This document shows, piece after piece, positions 38,001 through 46,780 of a stretch of DNA of 64,000 nucleotides. Where the stretch lies: the NCBI GenBank assembly GCA_035503555.1, contig DATJTG010000266.1:1280-65279 (forward strand). Reading direction: 5' to 3'. Both the position numbers and the translations under genes were made by a program. The notes beneath the pieces are model-generated. The model was not told the origin of the DNA, made no database searches, and worked only from the letters and a program-made list of their open reading frames with translations. Within the stretch, counting starts at the first letter, position 1; every line of letters starts with the position of its first letter. Source of the stretch: Acidobacteriaceae bacterium (GTDB taxonomy: Bacteria; Acidobacteriota; Terriglobia; Terriglobales; Acidobacteriaceae).

Positions 38001-38687
38001 AAGATTGGGGTTGATGACCGCGACTCCGTTCAGGGGATCCTGATTATCGGTGCCATCCAGTTCATAGCCGGTGGCGAAGGGGAGCTGGCCATCCACTTCG
38101 ATTGACTCGCTGCGCTGCGGATTTCCGCTGCCTTCGCCGGGTCCCCAGCCGATATACGTTGTGCCAGGCGTGAGCAATTCAAAGGCCGTGAAGTTGCGGT
38201 TCATGTTCGGAAGGTTCTCAACGGCGCGCTCATTCAAAATGGTCGAAACGTCGGCGCGGTCGGTCTGGAGCAGGGTTGTGCCGCCCTCAACGGTGACGGT
38301 TTCCGAGGCGGCCCCAACGGCTAGCTGCAGGTTCACCTCCGGAGCTGTGTCGGCAAATACCGTGACCGAGTCGACCGTTGCGCCCGTAAATCCCTGAGCT
38401 TCCGCCTTCACGCGGTACGCGTCCGGGATCAGATGCTGGACGCGGTACTCGCCGCTCTCGTTGGTCTGAGTGGTCTGGACTGTGCCCTTCGAAATATCGG
38501 TCACCGTGACCGTGGCATTAGGAATGACGGCGTTCGATTTGTCGGTAACGGTCCCGTAGATCGACCCGTAGACGGCCTGGGCGTTGCCCGTCGCTGTCGC
38601 GATCCAGGTTAGGGCCAGCAATGCTGCGAAAGCGAGGGAAAAGCGAAGGAACCCGGCCTGGAACCTGGCTCTGCAAGTGCTGTGCAT
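35040..38687 (-). CDS. TonB-dependent outer-membrane receptor with N-terminal CarboxypepD_reg domain
   Basis: Trimmed to MHSTCRARF.. (GGAGG upstream) with a signal peptide ending NAQA. GTVTDKSNAVIPNATVTVTDISKGTVQTTQTNESGEYRV (carboxypeptidase-regulatory fold), a plug-like region, a long beta-barrel, and a terminal aromatic residue (..AARFQF). Confidence 0.85.
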   Translation of the reverse strand: MHSTCRARFQAGFLRFSLAFAALLALTWIATATGNAQAVYGSIYGTVTDKSNAVIPNATVTVTDISKGTVQTTQTNESGEYRVQHLIPDAYRVKAEAQGFTGATVDSVTVFADTAPEVNLQLAVGAASETVTVEGGTTLLQTDRADVSTILNERAVENLPNMNRNFTAFELLTPGTTYIGWGPGEGSGNPQRSESIEVDGQLPFATGYELDGTDNQDPLNGVAVINPNLDAVSEMKVTSQNYDAEFGKAVAGLVTAQTRSGSNDIHGTAFEYRRSDAQQARDPFANAPPNNKLAPTLHNQFGGSVGGPILKDKLFFFVDYQGLREKTGVSTLTTVPTLKAETTCTSGGNCDLSDYLAVGQIYKPNSLTDTTNSGRTPYSGNVIPAGDLSAAAINFFKLLPPPNTNGTAVENNYAASGSGAFNTNQPDVRVDWKPTDKLHLFTRYTYFQGTLGGAPFFGAAGGPGFGSGGFAGTDAFHYNSLASGGDYVLSVKWLTDFRFGFYTIYNNTAGPNATQPLGNDLGIPNANVGNLTLDGGLPQFNIDIPANGANGGQNAEYGTSANASLQQTSLYQITNNWSHAFGNHNIRFGADYHYLKDRSLSIASNALRSGTYFFASSRTSGVSTGGTESPGVGFATFLLGDTTTFWRTQTANTNAASQENLFFAYAQDQWRATRDLTVNYGLRWELYTPESLTAAGAGGLLNLDTGILGIAGIGEFNSAANVKNNFKMFAPRLGAAWQLRPNTVVRAGYGLVYGQGWAGDSFGDVLTSSFPTQIQQSVVPVTNDAAVFNLTSTEDGVAPGPPGYTFPPIPSNGAYVLPDGIYQIARPSRVRLPSVQGWNLTVQQELTKTLSLQVGYVGSEAYHNMFDSSPSYNANEETYRGFHEVNPMNTTPGGGSCAGMTYPSAPGSCYYTGPQRSPYYDGTAQSELGVKYGVPHGWTQRIDFMANQATASYNALQIIVSKRYQNGLQFLTHYTWSHDITHESYQFLIDPRIGRGNGYYNRRHAWVFAGNYDLPFGRQKLIGSNAPGWMDEIIGGFQLNANLTVDGGIPFNTNYELCGSQDNDIAGDDNACFLNKVPGKSFGLHKGSFDPIKLRVPYITPSPYVLQSPGQPDNSFNAYARPAPDTFGNIGRDALWGPGMFNVDSTLSKNFTLWENVKMQMIVEAFNVFNHMNLANPNTCIDCGDSNNSGYIQGTYSEQDGTSMRRLQFAARFQF

Positions 38688-38963
38688 TGTGCGCCTCCGA
38701 AAGAAACTCGCTGGCTGGCGTCCCGAAGAACCGGCGCCAGACTTTGGATTCAGGGACAGGTATGTGTTTTGAGAGTCTCCCGCCCCGCGGTTACTAACCG
38801 ATCGTGAAGGAAAATCGCCGCGAACGGCGCGCTGCCAGTGCAGCTTCGACACAGATTTCCATCACAGCCGCGAAGTATTCGCCTGCGGATGATGAACCTA
38901 CAAGGGTTTTTACGGTGATTTGACGGGTGAAATGCCGTGTGACATACTTGCCACCGATTTGAA

Positions 38964-40226
38964 ATGCCTGCCAGTGATGGAGTTACCGAAGTCAGCGTTC
39001 CTGATGTTGCGGATGAACGATGGGCCCTGGTGAACCGAATTGCTTCGAGTCAACACCTGAAAACCTCTCCGCGGCTGCGGGAATTTCTGTTTTACATAGC
39101 CAGGTGTTCGATCCGGGACGCCCCCGAAGAAGCGACTGAACAGCAGATTGGCATCCGCGTGTTCGGGCGGCCAGCTGGATACAACTCCAGCGAAGACAGC
39201 ATTGTCCGCACCCATGCGCGGCTCCTGCGGCAAAAGCTTGCGGCTTACTTTAGCGAGGAGGGTCTCCAGGAAGGGATCATCCTCGAAGTGCCCAAGGGAC
39301 ACTATCTTCCGGTTTTTCATCCCCGCGGGACCCTCCATGCGAATGGTCAGATCTCGCTGACAGCGCAACCGGCCCTGGAGTCGGCAAGCCACCCGGATGA
39401 TGTATCTGCGGCCGAACAGCAATGGAAGCTGGGACTCGGCTTTGGCGTGGCGCTTGGGGTTGTGCTTGCAGCAGTAGTCCTAGCGGTTGCAGCTCTCGCA
39501 TGGCACCCGTGGCGAACCGCGGCAGCGCCACAAACGGCTGTGGATGTCTTCTGGCATCCGTTTTTGAGCGCCGATCCTCCCCTTGTGATTTACAGCAATG
39601 CTCTGTTCGAAGGCAGTTCAACGCAGGGGCTCCGGTATGCGCCGCCGGAAACCGCGCGTCCCTCCGATAGCGACGGGTACGTGGACACCTACACCGGAAT
39701 CGGCGAGCTTGCGTCGGTCTACACGCTCACGCGCCTCTTCGACGCACACCACGAGACGTTTCTTCTGAAGCGCAGCCTGCTGGTGACCTGGGATGAGGCC
39801 CAACTTCGAAATCTGATCTTCATCGGGTCGCGGGCAGAGAATCCTTCGTTGCGGGTGCTGGAGCCGACCTCGGATTTCACGATGGTGGCGGGACCGGATT
39901 CCGCGGGCGTGGTGAACGTGCATCCTCTGCCGGGCGAGCCGGCAGTCTATTCACGACTGGAGCGTCCTCTCACGACCGACTACGCGATTCTTGCGCTCCA
40001 GCCTGGCGTGCGAACCGGCAAACAAATGCTGGTATTCAGCGGGCTCACCACCTTCGGTACGCAGGCCGCGGTCGACTTCGTGTGCAATCCAGATACCGTG
40101 GCGCTGCTCCTGAAGAAAATTACCGGGCCCAGGGGCGAGATTCGTCCGTTCCAGGCAGTCCTGCAAACGACAATCGGGGGTGGTGTCCCGCTGCAGACAC
40201 GGCTCGTGACGATTCGCGTGCACTAG
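38964..40226 (+). CDS. Membrane-anchored winged-helix (CadC/OmpR trans_reg_C-like) regulator with periplasmic sensor domain
   Basis: N-terminal LREFLFYIARCS...IGIRVFGRPAGYNSSEDSIVRTHARLLRQKLAAYF...EVPKGHYLPVF resembles the wHTH DNA-binding module. One TM helix (LGLGFGVALGVVLAAVVLAVAALAW), then a 230-aa extracytoplasmic domain. Divergent from the TonB receptor gene. Confidence 0.55.
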   Translation: MPASDGVTEVSVPDVADERWALVNRIASSQHLKTSPRLREFLFYIARCSIRDAPEEATEQQIGIRVFGRPAGYNSSEDSIVRTHARLLRQKLAAYFSEEGLQEGIILEVPKGHYLPVFHPRGTLHANGQISLTAQPALESASHPDDVSAAEQQWKLGLGFGVALGVVLAAVVLAVAALAWHPWRTAAAPQTAVDVFWHPFLSADPPLVIYSNALFEGSSTQGLRYAPPETARPSDSDGYVDTYTGIGELASVYTLTRLFDAHHETFLLKRSLLVTWDEAQLRNLIFIGSRAENPSLRVLEPTSDFTMVAGPDSAGVVNVHPLPGEPAVYSRLERPLTTDYAILALQPGVRTGKQMLVFSGLTTFGTQAAVDFVCNPDTVALLLKKITGPRGEIRPFQAVLQTTIGGGVPLQTRLVTIRVH

Positions 40227-40300
40227 AGGCCGCCCCTTCGGTTCGATCCGTCGGGGCCACTGCAGAGCGTTCGGCCTGTCCCAGGGCAAACTCGAACCAA

Positions 40301-41326
40301 TCACTGCAAAGGGCCGGGACCCGCTTCGCCGCCGGGGTGACTCTTCGCGGCCAGTTCATTTTCGCGCCGCGCGTCCTCTGCCTGCCCGGAGATGCCGTAT
40401 GCCTGTGCGAGGAAGGCGTGGGTAATGTAATTGCTCGGATCCATCTTTTCGGCGTGCTTCAGGTACATGATCGCGGTTCGGGCATCCTGCCGGCGGAGCA
40501 GCACGCGTCCCATCAGAATGAACGGTGCGGTGCTGCTCATATCGAGGGCAAGCGCCCGGGTGAGGGACTGCTGGGCGAGGTCGAGATTGCCATTGCGGAG
40601 ATACGCGTCGCCCATGCGTTCATACACTGCCGCATTTCCGGGGTTGATCTTCTGCTCTGCGCTGAACTGCTTCTGCGCTTCGTCAAGATTCGAATTGAGC
40701 AGCGCCACTTCTCCGACGAGCAGATGGGCGAGCGGCAGGTTCGGATCCACAGCGAGCGCCTTCTGCGCCTGCTGCGCAGCCTGGAGCGGCAGATTCGCTC
40801 GCTGCAGCATGGCGGCCAACAAGAGCCACGCGGCGCCGGAATCCGGCGGCTCGCCGAACTGCGCTGCGAAGGACTTGCGCGCATCGTCGTAGCGATCGGC
40901 ATTCAGATAGCAGAGTCCGAGGACATAGTTGGCGTCGGTACCGGCGTCGGGCGTCCACTGGCGAACGCGCTCCAGATAAGGAATCGCCGCCGCCGGTTGG
41001 TTGAGGCGATACAGCGTGAGGCCCTCCATCTGCACCGATTCGATGTCCTGCGGATCCTCGGACATCGCGTTGCGAAACGCCTGGTCCGCCTCGGCGAGCT
41101 TCCCGGTGCGGTAGTACGCCAGGCCTAACTCGCGATTCACGCCCTTTGGAACCGGCTGCTTTGAAGCCATTTGCCGCAGCAGAGCGATGGCCTCGTCAGT
41201 CCTGTTGTGCTGCAGATATTCCTGTGCTGTCGCGAGGTCGGCCGCTGACGACGCTGGGGGAAGCTGCGCCGCCAACGCAGGAACGCTGAGCAGGAAAAGA
41301 AGGAGAATTCTGACCGGAGCCATCAC
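40301..41326 (-). CDS. Secreted tetratricopeptide-repeat (TPR) protein
   Basis: Signal peptide MMAPVRILLLFLLSVPALAA. Repeated 34-aa A/L/Y/G-patterned units (..LGLAYYRTGKLAEADQAF.., ..LGLCYLNADRYDDARKSF.., ..MGDAYLRNGNLDLAQQSL..). Confidence 0.8.
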   Translation of the reverse strand: MMAPVRILLLFLLSVPALAAQLPPASSAADLATAQEYLQHNRTDEAIALLRQMASKQPVPKGVNRELGLAYYRTGKLAEADQAFRNAMSEDPQDIESVQMEGLTLYRLNQPAAAIPYLERVRQWTPDAGTDANYVLGLCYLNADRYDDARKSFAAQFGEPPDSGAAWLLLAAMLQRANLPLQAAQQAQKALAVDPNLPLAHLLVGEVALLNSNLDEAQKQFSAEQKINPGNAAVYERMGDAYLRNGNLDLAQQSLTRALALDMSSTAPFILMGRVLLRRQDARTAIMYLKHAEKMDPSNYITHAFLAQAYGISGQAEDARRENELAAKSHPGGEAGPGPLQ

Positions 41327-41426
41327 CGAAAAGCATACTGCGGCGAACGGCGAGGGGGTAGTCTTCCGAGGAGAAGTTTGATCCCTGCATGACCGGTTCG
41401 ATCAAACGCGCGGATACAATCTCGCT

Positions 41427-43283
41427 GTGATCTTCACGGGTGCTGTCGGTCGATCGAGCAACCGGTCGCGGCCTTGCTCTGTCACCTTCGCTGTGGGCTG
41501 CGGCGGAGTCGCGCTTGCGGTCTGCTGTTTAGTCGGATCCTGGCTCTCTGCTCAATCGAGTCAAGGACAGAATTCGTCGAAACCCGCTGCCCAGGCTGTT
41601 TCGAAAACCGACGCCGGAAAAGACGCGAAGCCTGGGCCGAATTCAGGCATGCGATTTCGAGACATCAGCCGCGAGGCCGGCCTCACCACCATTCCCCATT
41701 CAACCGCCGAACGGCGCTACATCGTCGAAACCATGGGCGGCGGCGGTATCGCTCTTTTCGACTGCGACAACGACGGCAAGCTCGACATAGCTGTGGTCAA
41801 CGATTCGACGATCGATCGCTATAAGGCAGGCGGCGATCCGATGATCACGCTCTACCACCAGGATGGTACCGACGGAAAAATCCATTTCACCGACATCACC
41901 GAGGCGGCGGGACTCACGAGCCGCGGCTGGGGCATGGCCATTGCGGTTGGAGATTACGACAACGATGGTCTGCCCGATCTCTATGTGACGGGCTACGGCC
42001 ACAACGTGCTCTACCACAACCTGGGAGGCTGCCGGTTCGAAGACGTGACGGACCGCGCGGGCGTTGGGCTGGGCGGCTTCAGCACCGGCGCTGCGTGGGC
42101 CGATTACGATCGCGACGGTCATCTCGATCTCTTCGTCGCCCGTTATGTCGATACCGATCTCCGTCACCTGCCCGCTCCCAATCCCGAAGCCGCCGGATAT
42201 CGATCGGTCATCCTTCAGGTCCCCGACGAGATGCCAGGAGAATCCGATTATCTGCTGCGGAATCGTGGCGATGGAACTTTCCAGGATGCATCGCAACAGG
42301 CCGGTGTCAGCAATTCCGCGAAGCTGCATGGCATGGGAGTGGTCTGGGGCGATTACGACAACGATGGATGGCCGGATCTCTTCGTCACCAATGACGGCGG
42401 GAGGAATTATCTCTACCGCAATTTGGGTAACGGCAAGTTCGAAGAAAATGGCATGGCCACCGGCGTCGCGTTTGGAGCCGATGGCCAGATTTTTGGCAAC
42501 ATGGCCGGCGATTTCGGAGATTTCAATCACGATGGGTTGCTCGATTTAGTAGCTACGCGGTACAGTCTGCAGCCCGTCAGCCTTTATCGGAACGATGGGG
42601 TGGCCTTCACCGACGTTGCCGCCGAGGTGGGGCTGGCGCGCGACACCGTAGCGCCCGTGAAGTGGGGAACGGGCTTCGGCGACTTCGATAACGATGGATG
42701 GCCCGACCTCCTGATCGCCAACGGCAATTTTTCTTCGCTCATGGACAAGTTGCCGGGCCAGGTGAAGTTTCGTGAGCCCATGCAGCTCTTTCGGAACCAG
42801 CAGGGGCGCGCCTTCCAGAATGTGTCCGACCAACCCGGACTGAACGACGGAGCCCTTCAGTCGCGTCGCGGGATCGCGCTCGGCGACATCAATAACGACG
42901 GCAACCTCGACTTCGTCGTCTTCAATGTCAACGCGCCCCCATCCCTCTTCATCAACGAAAGCCGCAACACGAACCATCGGGTGCTGTTCCGCCTGGTTGG
43001 AAGCAAAAGCAATCGCATGGCGATCGGAGCGCGCGTGACGATCGAAGCCGGAGGCTTGAATCAGATCGACGAGGTGCGTGCCGGAGGCGGCTACAACTCG
43101 AGCAACGACACGCGCCTGCATTTTGGATTAGGCCAGGCAGCGACTATGTCGAAAGTTGAAGTGCGCTGGCCGAGCGGAGAGCGGCAGGAGTTTCAGAACG
43201 TTCCTGGCGATGCGATCTATGAGATTGTCGAGGGCCAGGAAATCCGTAAGCTCGTCGCTTTAACTCCGCCCTCGGCGAAATAG
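41427..43283 (+). CDS. CRTAC1-family protein (FG-GAP/VCBS repeats + ASPIC/UnbV domain)
   Basis: Repeated D.DNDG..D(L/I) calcium-binding FG-GAP motifs (FDCDNDGKLDIAV, GDYDNDGLPDLYV, ADYDRDGHLDLFV, GDYDNDGWPDLFV, GDFDNDGWPDLLI). C-terminal UnbV_ASPIC signature GARV...GG....EV..GGGY.S.ND.RLHFGLG. Confidence 0.85.
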   Translation: MIFTGAVGRSSNRSRPCSVTFAVGCGGVALAVCCLVGSWLSAQSSQGQNSSKPAAQAVSKTDAGKDAKPGPNSGMRFRDISREAGLTTIPHSTAERRYIVETMGGGGIALFDCDNDGKLDIAVVNDSTIDRYKAGGDPMITLYHQDGTDGKIHFTDITEAAGLTSRGWGMAIAVGDYDNDGLPDLYVTGYGHNVLYHNLGGCRFEDVTDRAGVGLGGFSTGAAWADYDRDGHLDLFVARYVDTDLRHLPAPNPEAAGYRSVILQVPDEMPGESDYLLRNRGDGTFQDASQQAGVSNSAKLHGMGVVWGDYDNDGWPDLFVTNDGGRNYLYRNLGNGKFEENGMATGVAFGADGQIFGNMAGDFGDFNHDGLLDLVATRYSLQPVSLYRNDGVAFTDVAAEVGLARDTVAPVKWGTGFGDFDNDGWPDLLIANGNFSSLMDKLPGQVKFREPMQLFRNQQGRAFQNVSDQPGLNDGALQSRRGIALGDINNDGNLDFVVFNVNAPPSLFINESRNTNHRVLFRLVGSKSNRMAIGARVTIEAGGLNQIDEVRAGGGYNSSNDTRLHFGLGQAATMSKVEVRWPSGERQEFQNVPGDAIYEIVEGQEIRKLVALTPPSAK

Positions 43284-43286
43284 AAC

Positions 43287-43306
43287 GCAGGCCCCTATTC
43301 GCCTGC
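43287..43306. terminator. Short hairpin between convergent genes (possible bidirectional terminator)
   Basis: GCAGGC-ccctattc-GCCTGC. The flanking T-tracts are poor. Confidence 0.3.
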
Positions 43307-43344
43307 GATGCGTATCTTCGAGTGAAACCACCGATACCGGCTGC

Positions 43345-45732
43345 TCAAACCGCAGCCGTCACAGCTGCGGCTGAAGCAAAAGCCTCATGCTCGGTGCGGG
43401 CGATAATCTCATCTTGCAAGGCTCGCGTCAGATCGCAGAAGTAATCGCTATATCCGGCGACGCGCACGATCAGGTCGCGATACTTCTCGGGCTCCGCCTG
43501 CGCCGCGCGCAGAGTGGCCGCCGTCACCACGTTGAACTGAATGTGATGGCCACCGAGGCGGAAGTACGAGCGGACGAGGTGCGCAACCCGGTCCAGTCCC
43601 GCATCGTCCGCAAGCAGTTGCGGTGTGAACTTCTGGTTCAGCAGCGTTCCTCCGGTTCGCGCATGGTCCAGGCGAGCAGCGGATCGGATCACCGCCGTCG
43701 GTCCGTTGCGGTCTGCGCCCTGCACCGGCGAGACGCCGTCGGCCAGCGGCTCCCAGGCGCGGCGTCCATCCGGCGTGGCTCCGGTCATGGAGCCGAAATA
43801 AACGTGGCACGTGGTGGACAGATAGTTGACGTGATACCTGCCGCCCTTGGTGTTTGGGCGCCCTTCGATCTCTTCGAAGAAGGCATCGAACATCTCCCTC
43901 AGAATCCCATCGGCATATTCGTCGTCGTTGCCGAATTTCGGCGACCGGTTCCACAGCAGCAGGCGCAGCTTCTCGTTGCCCTCGAAGTTCCCCGCCAGGG
44001 CTTCCAGGACCTGTCCCATCGACACAGCCTGCCGATCGTAGACGTGGAACTTGATGGCCGCGAGACTGTCGGTGCAGCTCGCCGGCGCGACGCCCATGAT
44101 GTACGTCGAGTTGTAGCGCGGACCGCCGTCGTTGTAGTCTCGGCCCTTCGCGATGCAATCCTCGACAAAGAGAGATAGGAACGGAGCCGGCATGAAATCC
44201 GCGTACATCCGCTCAATCACGTTGTTGCCGCGCACTTTGATATCGACGAACCAGTGCAACTGACGGCGAAACGCCGCAAACAACTCCTCGTAGGACGAAA
44301 AGCTTCGCGGATCGCCGGTCTCGATGCCGATCTTTCTGCCTGTGCGCGGATCCACGCCGTTGTTCAGCGTGATCTCCAGCACCTTGGGCAAATTGAAGTA
44401 GCCGGTGAGGATATAGGCTTCCCTCCCGAAGGCGCCCGTCTCCACACAGCCGGAAATACCGCCGCAGCGAGCGTCTTCCACGGATTTTCCCTGTCGGAGC
44501 AACTCCTCCACGACCATATCGGCGTTGAAGATCGAGGGCTGCCCCCAGCCTTCGCGGACGATTTCCAGTCCGCGGCGGAGAAACGCATCGGGATTCTTCG
44601 CGCTCAGCTGGAGATTCGATGAAGGTTGCAGAAGGTGCATTTCGTCGATGACTTCGAGGATGAGATAGGTGACGTCGTTGACGCCGTCCGAGCCGTCGCG
44701 CCGCAGGCCGCCGCTGTTGATGTTGGCGAAGTCAGTGTAGGTGCCGCTTTCGGCGGCCGTGACGCCAACTTTCGGAGGAGCCGGCTGATTGTTGAATTTG
44801 ACCCACAGACATTCGAGGAGCTCCTTTGCCTGGTTGCGAGTCAACTCTCCCTCTTCCATGCCCTTCCGATAAAAGGGGAAGAGGTGCTGATCGAAGCGGC
44901 CGGGGCAGAACGAATCCCAGGTGTTCAGCTCGGTGACCACACCGAGGTGAACGAACCAATAGGCCTGCAGCGCCTCCCAGAAATTGCGTGGAGCGTGCGC
45001 CGGAACATGGCGACACACGGCAGCGATCCGCTCGAGTTCCGCGCGCCGGTTCGGGCTCGCCTTGGCCCTGGCTAACTCTTCGGCCTTCTCGGCATGGCGC
45101 TCCGCGAACCGAATGACTGCGTCGGCTGCGATGGCCATCGCCCGCAATTCGTCCCTGCGCGCGGATGCCTCGGTGTCGTTGAAGAAATCGAGCTTCAACA
45201 AGGCCGCATCAATCTCGGCTTTCAAATCCACAAGGCCCTTGCCATAGATCACGTCCCCCAGGACGGTATGCCCAGGCGCGCGCTGCTCCATGAACTCGGT
45301 AAAGATGCCTGCCTCGTAGGCGTTCTTCCACTCGGGCGTCATTTCCGCGAAGATCAGATCGCGCATCGAGCGGCTGCCCCAGTAAGGGATTACTTCATCG
45401 CGCTGGATCTGCCGAGCGCGATCATCAACGGAATAGGAGATTTTCTCGCGCGTGTCGAGGATTTCGAAATCGTCGAGAGTGTGACAGCAGAGTTCTGGGA
45501 ATGTAGGCGATCCCTTTGGCGCGGGGCCGCGCTCACCCACGATCAACTCGTCCCGCCCAATCGCGATCTCCTTGTGCTCCATCAGGTAGGCGAGAGCGCG
45601 GGCCCGCCGGATCGGGACCGATATCGTCTTGTCCTGCTGGTAAAACTCGGTCAGCAACTGGGCTCTTTCGATGGAAAGCCACGGTTTGGTTTCGAGAGTT
45701 TCCTGTCTCAGTCTGCTGATGCGCTCGTTCAT
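43345..45732 (-). CDS. Glycyl-radical enzyme, PFL2/glycerol-dehydratase class (dehydratase/lyase type; resembles hydroxyproline-dehydratase-like GREs)
   Basis: Trimmed to MNERISRLRQETLETKPWLSIERAQLL (GGAGG upstream), 795 aa. Cys-loop GGISGCVETG (Cys-x-Glu rather than the Cys-Cys of PFL). Glycyl-radical motif LIVRVAGYSDYF at 43450-43467. Confidence 0.9.
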   Translation of the reverse strand: MNERISRLRQETLETKPWLSIERAQLLTEFYQQDKTISVPIRRARALAYLMEHKEIAIGRDELIVGERGPAPKGSPTFPELCCHTLDDFEILDTREKISYSVDDRARQIQRDEVIPYWGSRSMRDLIFAEMTPEWKNAYEAGIFTEFMEQRAPGHTVLGDVIYGKGLVDLKAEIDAALLKLDFFNDTEASARRDELRAMAIAADAVIRFAERHAEKAEELARAKASPNRRAELERIAAVCRHVPAHAPRNFWEALQAYWFVHLGVVTELNTWDSFCPGRFDQHLFPFYRKGMEEGELTRNQAKELLECLWVKFNNQPAPPKVGVTAAESGTYTDFANINSGGLRRDGSDGVNDVTYLILEVIDEMHLLQPSSNLQLSAKNPDAFLRRGLEIVREGWGQPSIFNADMVVEELLRQGKSVEDARCGGISGCVETGAFGREAYILTGYFNLPKVLEITLNNGVDPRTGRKIGIETGDPRSFSSYEELFAAFRRQLHWFVDIKVRGNNVIERMYADFMPAPFLSLFVEDCIAKGRDYNDGGPRYNSTYIMGVAPASCTDSLAAIKFHVYDRQAVSMGQVLEALAGNFEGNEKLRLLLWNRSPKFGNDDEYADGILREMFDAFFEEIEGRPNTKGGRYHVNYLSTTCHVYFGSMTGATPDGRRAWEPLADGVSPVQGADRNGPTAVIRSAARLDHARTGGTLLNQKFTPQLLADDAGLDRVAHLVRSYFRLGGHHIQFNVVTAATLRAAQAEPEKYRDLIVRVAGYSDYFCDLTRALQDEIIARTEHEAFASAAAVTAAV

Positions 45733-45733
45733 A

Positions 45734-46687
45734 TCAACCTCCGATTTGCACGCTGAAGCCGCATTGCCGCAGGCGTGCGGCGATCGACTCCATATGCTCG
45801 GCCGATGGTGGCTCGACCTTATCCATGCGGCTCGGCCTGCCCAGCCGCTCATATTTGCCGCCGCCGATGCGGTGGTAGGGAAGAAGATCGATCCGCGGCA
45901 GCCCCAGCGGCGAGAGGAATGCGCCCATCGCGTCGAGGTTCTCGCAATCGTCATTCACTCCTGGAACCACTGGCACGCGAACGATTACCGTTCGTCCCAG
46001 CCGGGCCAGCATTTCGAGATTCCGCAAAATACGCTCGTTCCCTGCTCCTGCAGCGTCCCTGTGCCGCTCACTATCCATCACCTTGACGTCGTAGAGAAAG
46101 AGATCGACGTTTGCCCTGATTCGGCGCAGAACATCGGCAGCGGCAAATCCGCTTGTTTCGACAGCGATGTGAATTCTCCGCTCGCGGCAACCCGCAAGCA
46201 GCTCCTCGACAAACTGTCCCTGCATCAAGGGTTCGCCCCCGGAAATCGTCACGCCTCCCCCCGACTCTTCGAAGAAGACGCGGTCCTTCAGCACCTCGTC
46301 CATCACTTCCGGCACGGTCATCCAGCGCCCGGCGAGCTGATGCGCTCCTGCGGGGCAAGCGTCCACGCAGGCTCCGCATTGCTGGCATCGATCGGCATCG
46401 CGAAGAACTCCCTCATCCAGAAGGAGAGCGCCGTGCGGGCAGGCGCGAACACAATCTCCGCAACGGATGCATCGCTCCGCGAACCAGCTGACCTCGGGCT
46501 CCATGTGCTGGCCCTCGGGATTGTGGCACCACCAGCAGCGCAGAGGACAGCCTTTCAGAAACACGGTCGTCCGGATGCCGGGTCCGTCATGCAGCGAGAA
46601 ACGCATGATGTTGAACACGAACCCCTTCACCGCTCCGGCGTGTCCAGTGGCAGGGAGTGTTGCGACGAAATCGGGAGGCACAGGCAT
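45734..46687 (-). CDS. Glycyl-radical-enzyme activating protein (radical SAM, with two ferredoxin-type clusters)
   Basis: FSLHDGPGIRTTVFLKGCPLRCWWCHNPE (CxxxCxxC). CIRCGDCVRACPHGA and CQQCGACVDACPAGA. GGEPL. The stop lies 1 nt before the GRE start. Confidence 0.9.
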   Translation of the reverse strand: MPVPPDFVATLPATGHAGAVKGFVFNIMRFSLHDGPGIRTTVFLKGCPLRCWWCHNPEGQHMEPEVSWFAERCIRCGDCVRACPHGALLLDEGVLRDADRCQQCGACVDACPAGAHQLAGRWMTVPEVMDEVLKDRVFFEESGGGVTISGGEPLMQGQFVEELLAGCRERRIHIAVETSGFAAADVLRRIRANVDLFLYDVKVMDSERHRDAAGAGNERILRNLEMLARLGRTVIVRVPVVPGVNDDCENLDAMGAFLSPLGLPRIDLLPYHRIGGGKYERLGRPSRMDKVEPPSAEHMESIAARLRQCGFSVQIGG

Positions 46688-46760
46688 CGATTTGAATACT
46701 ATTTTGCATACTTTTTCGGTGAATCGGCTCGAAGGACACCGGCCTGTTCGTGACTTAAGT

Positions 46761-46780
46761 AATTTCGACCGTCAGAAATT
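46761..46780. promoter_or_regulatory. Palindromic candidate operator in the AT-rich gap upstream of the GRE-activase gene
   Basis: AATTTC-GACCGTCA-GAAATT (6-bp arms) inside the 128-bp AT-rich intergenic region 46688-46815. Confidence 0.25.
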
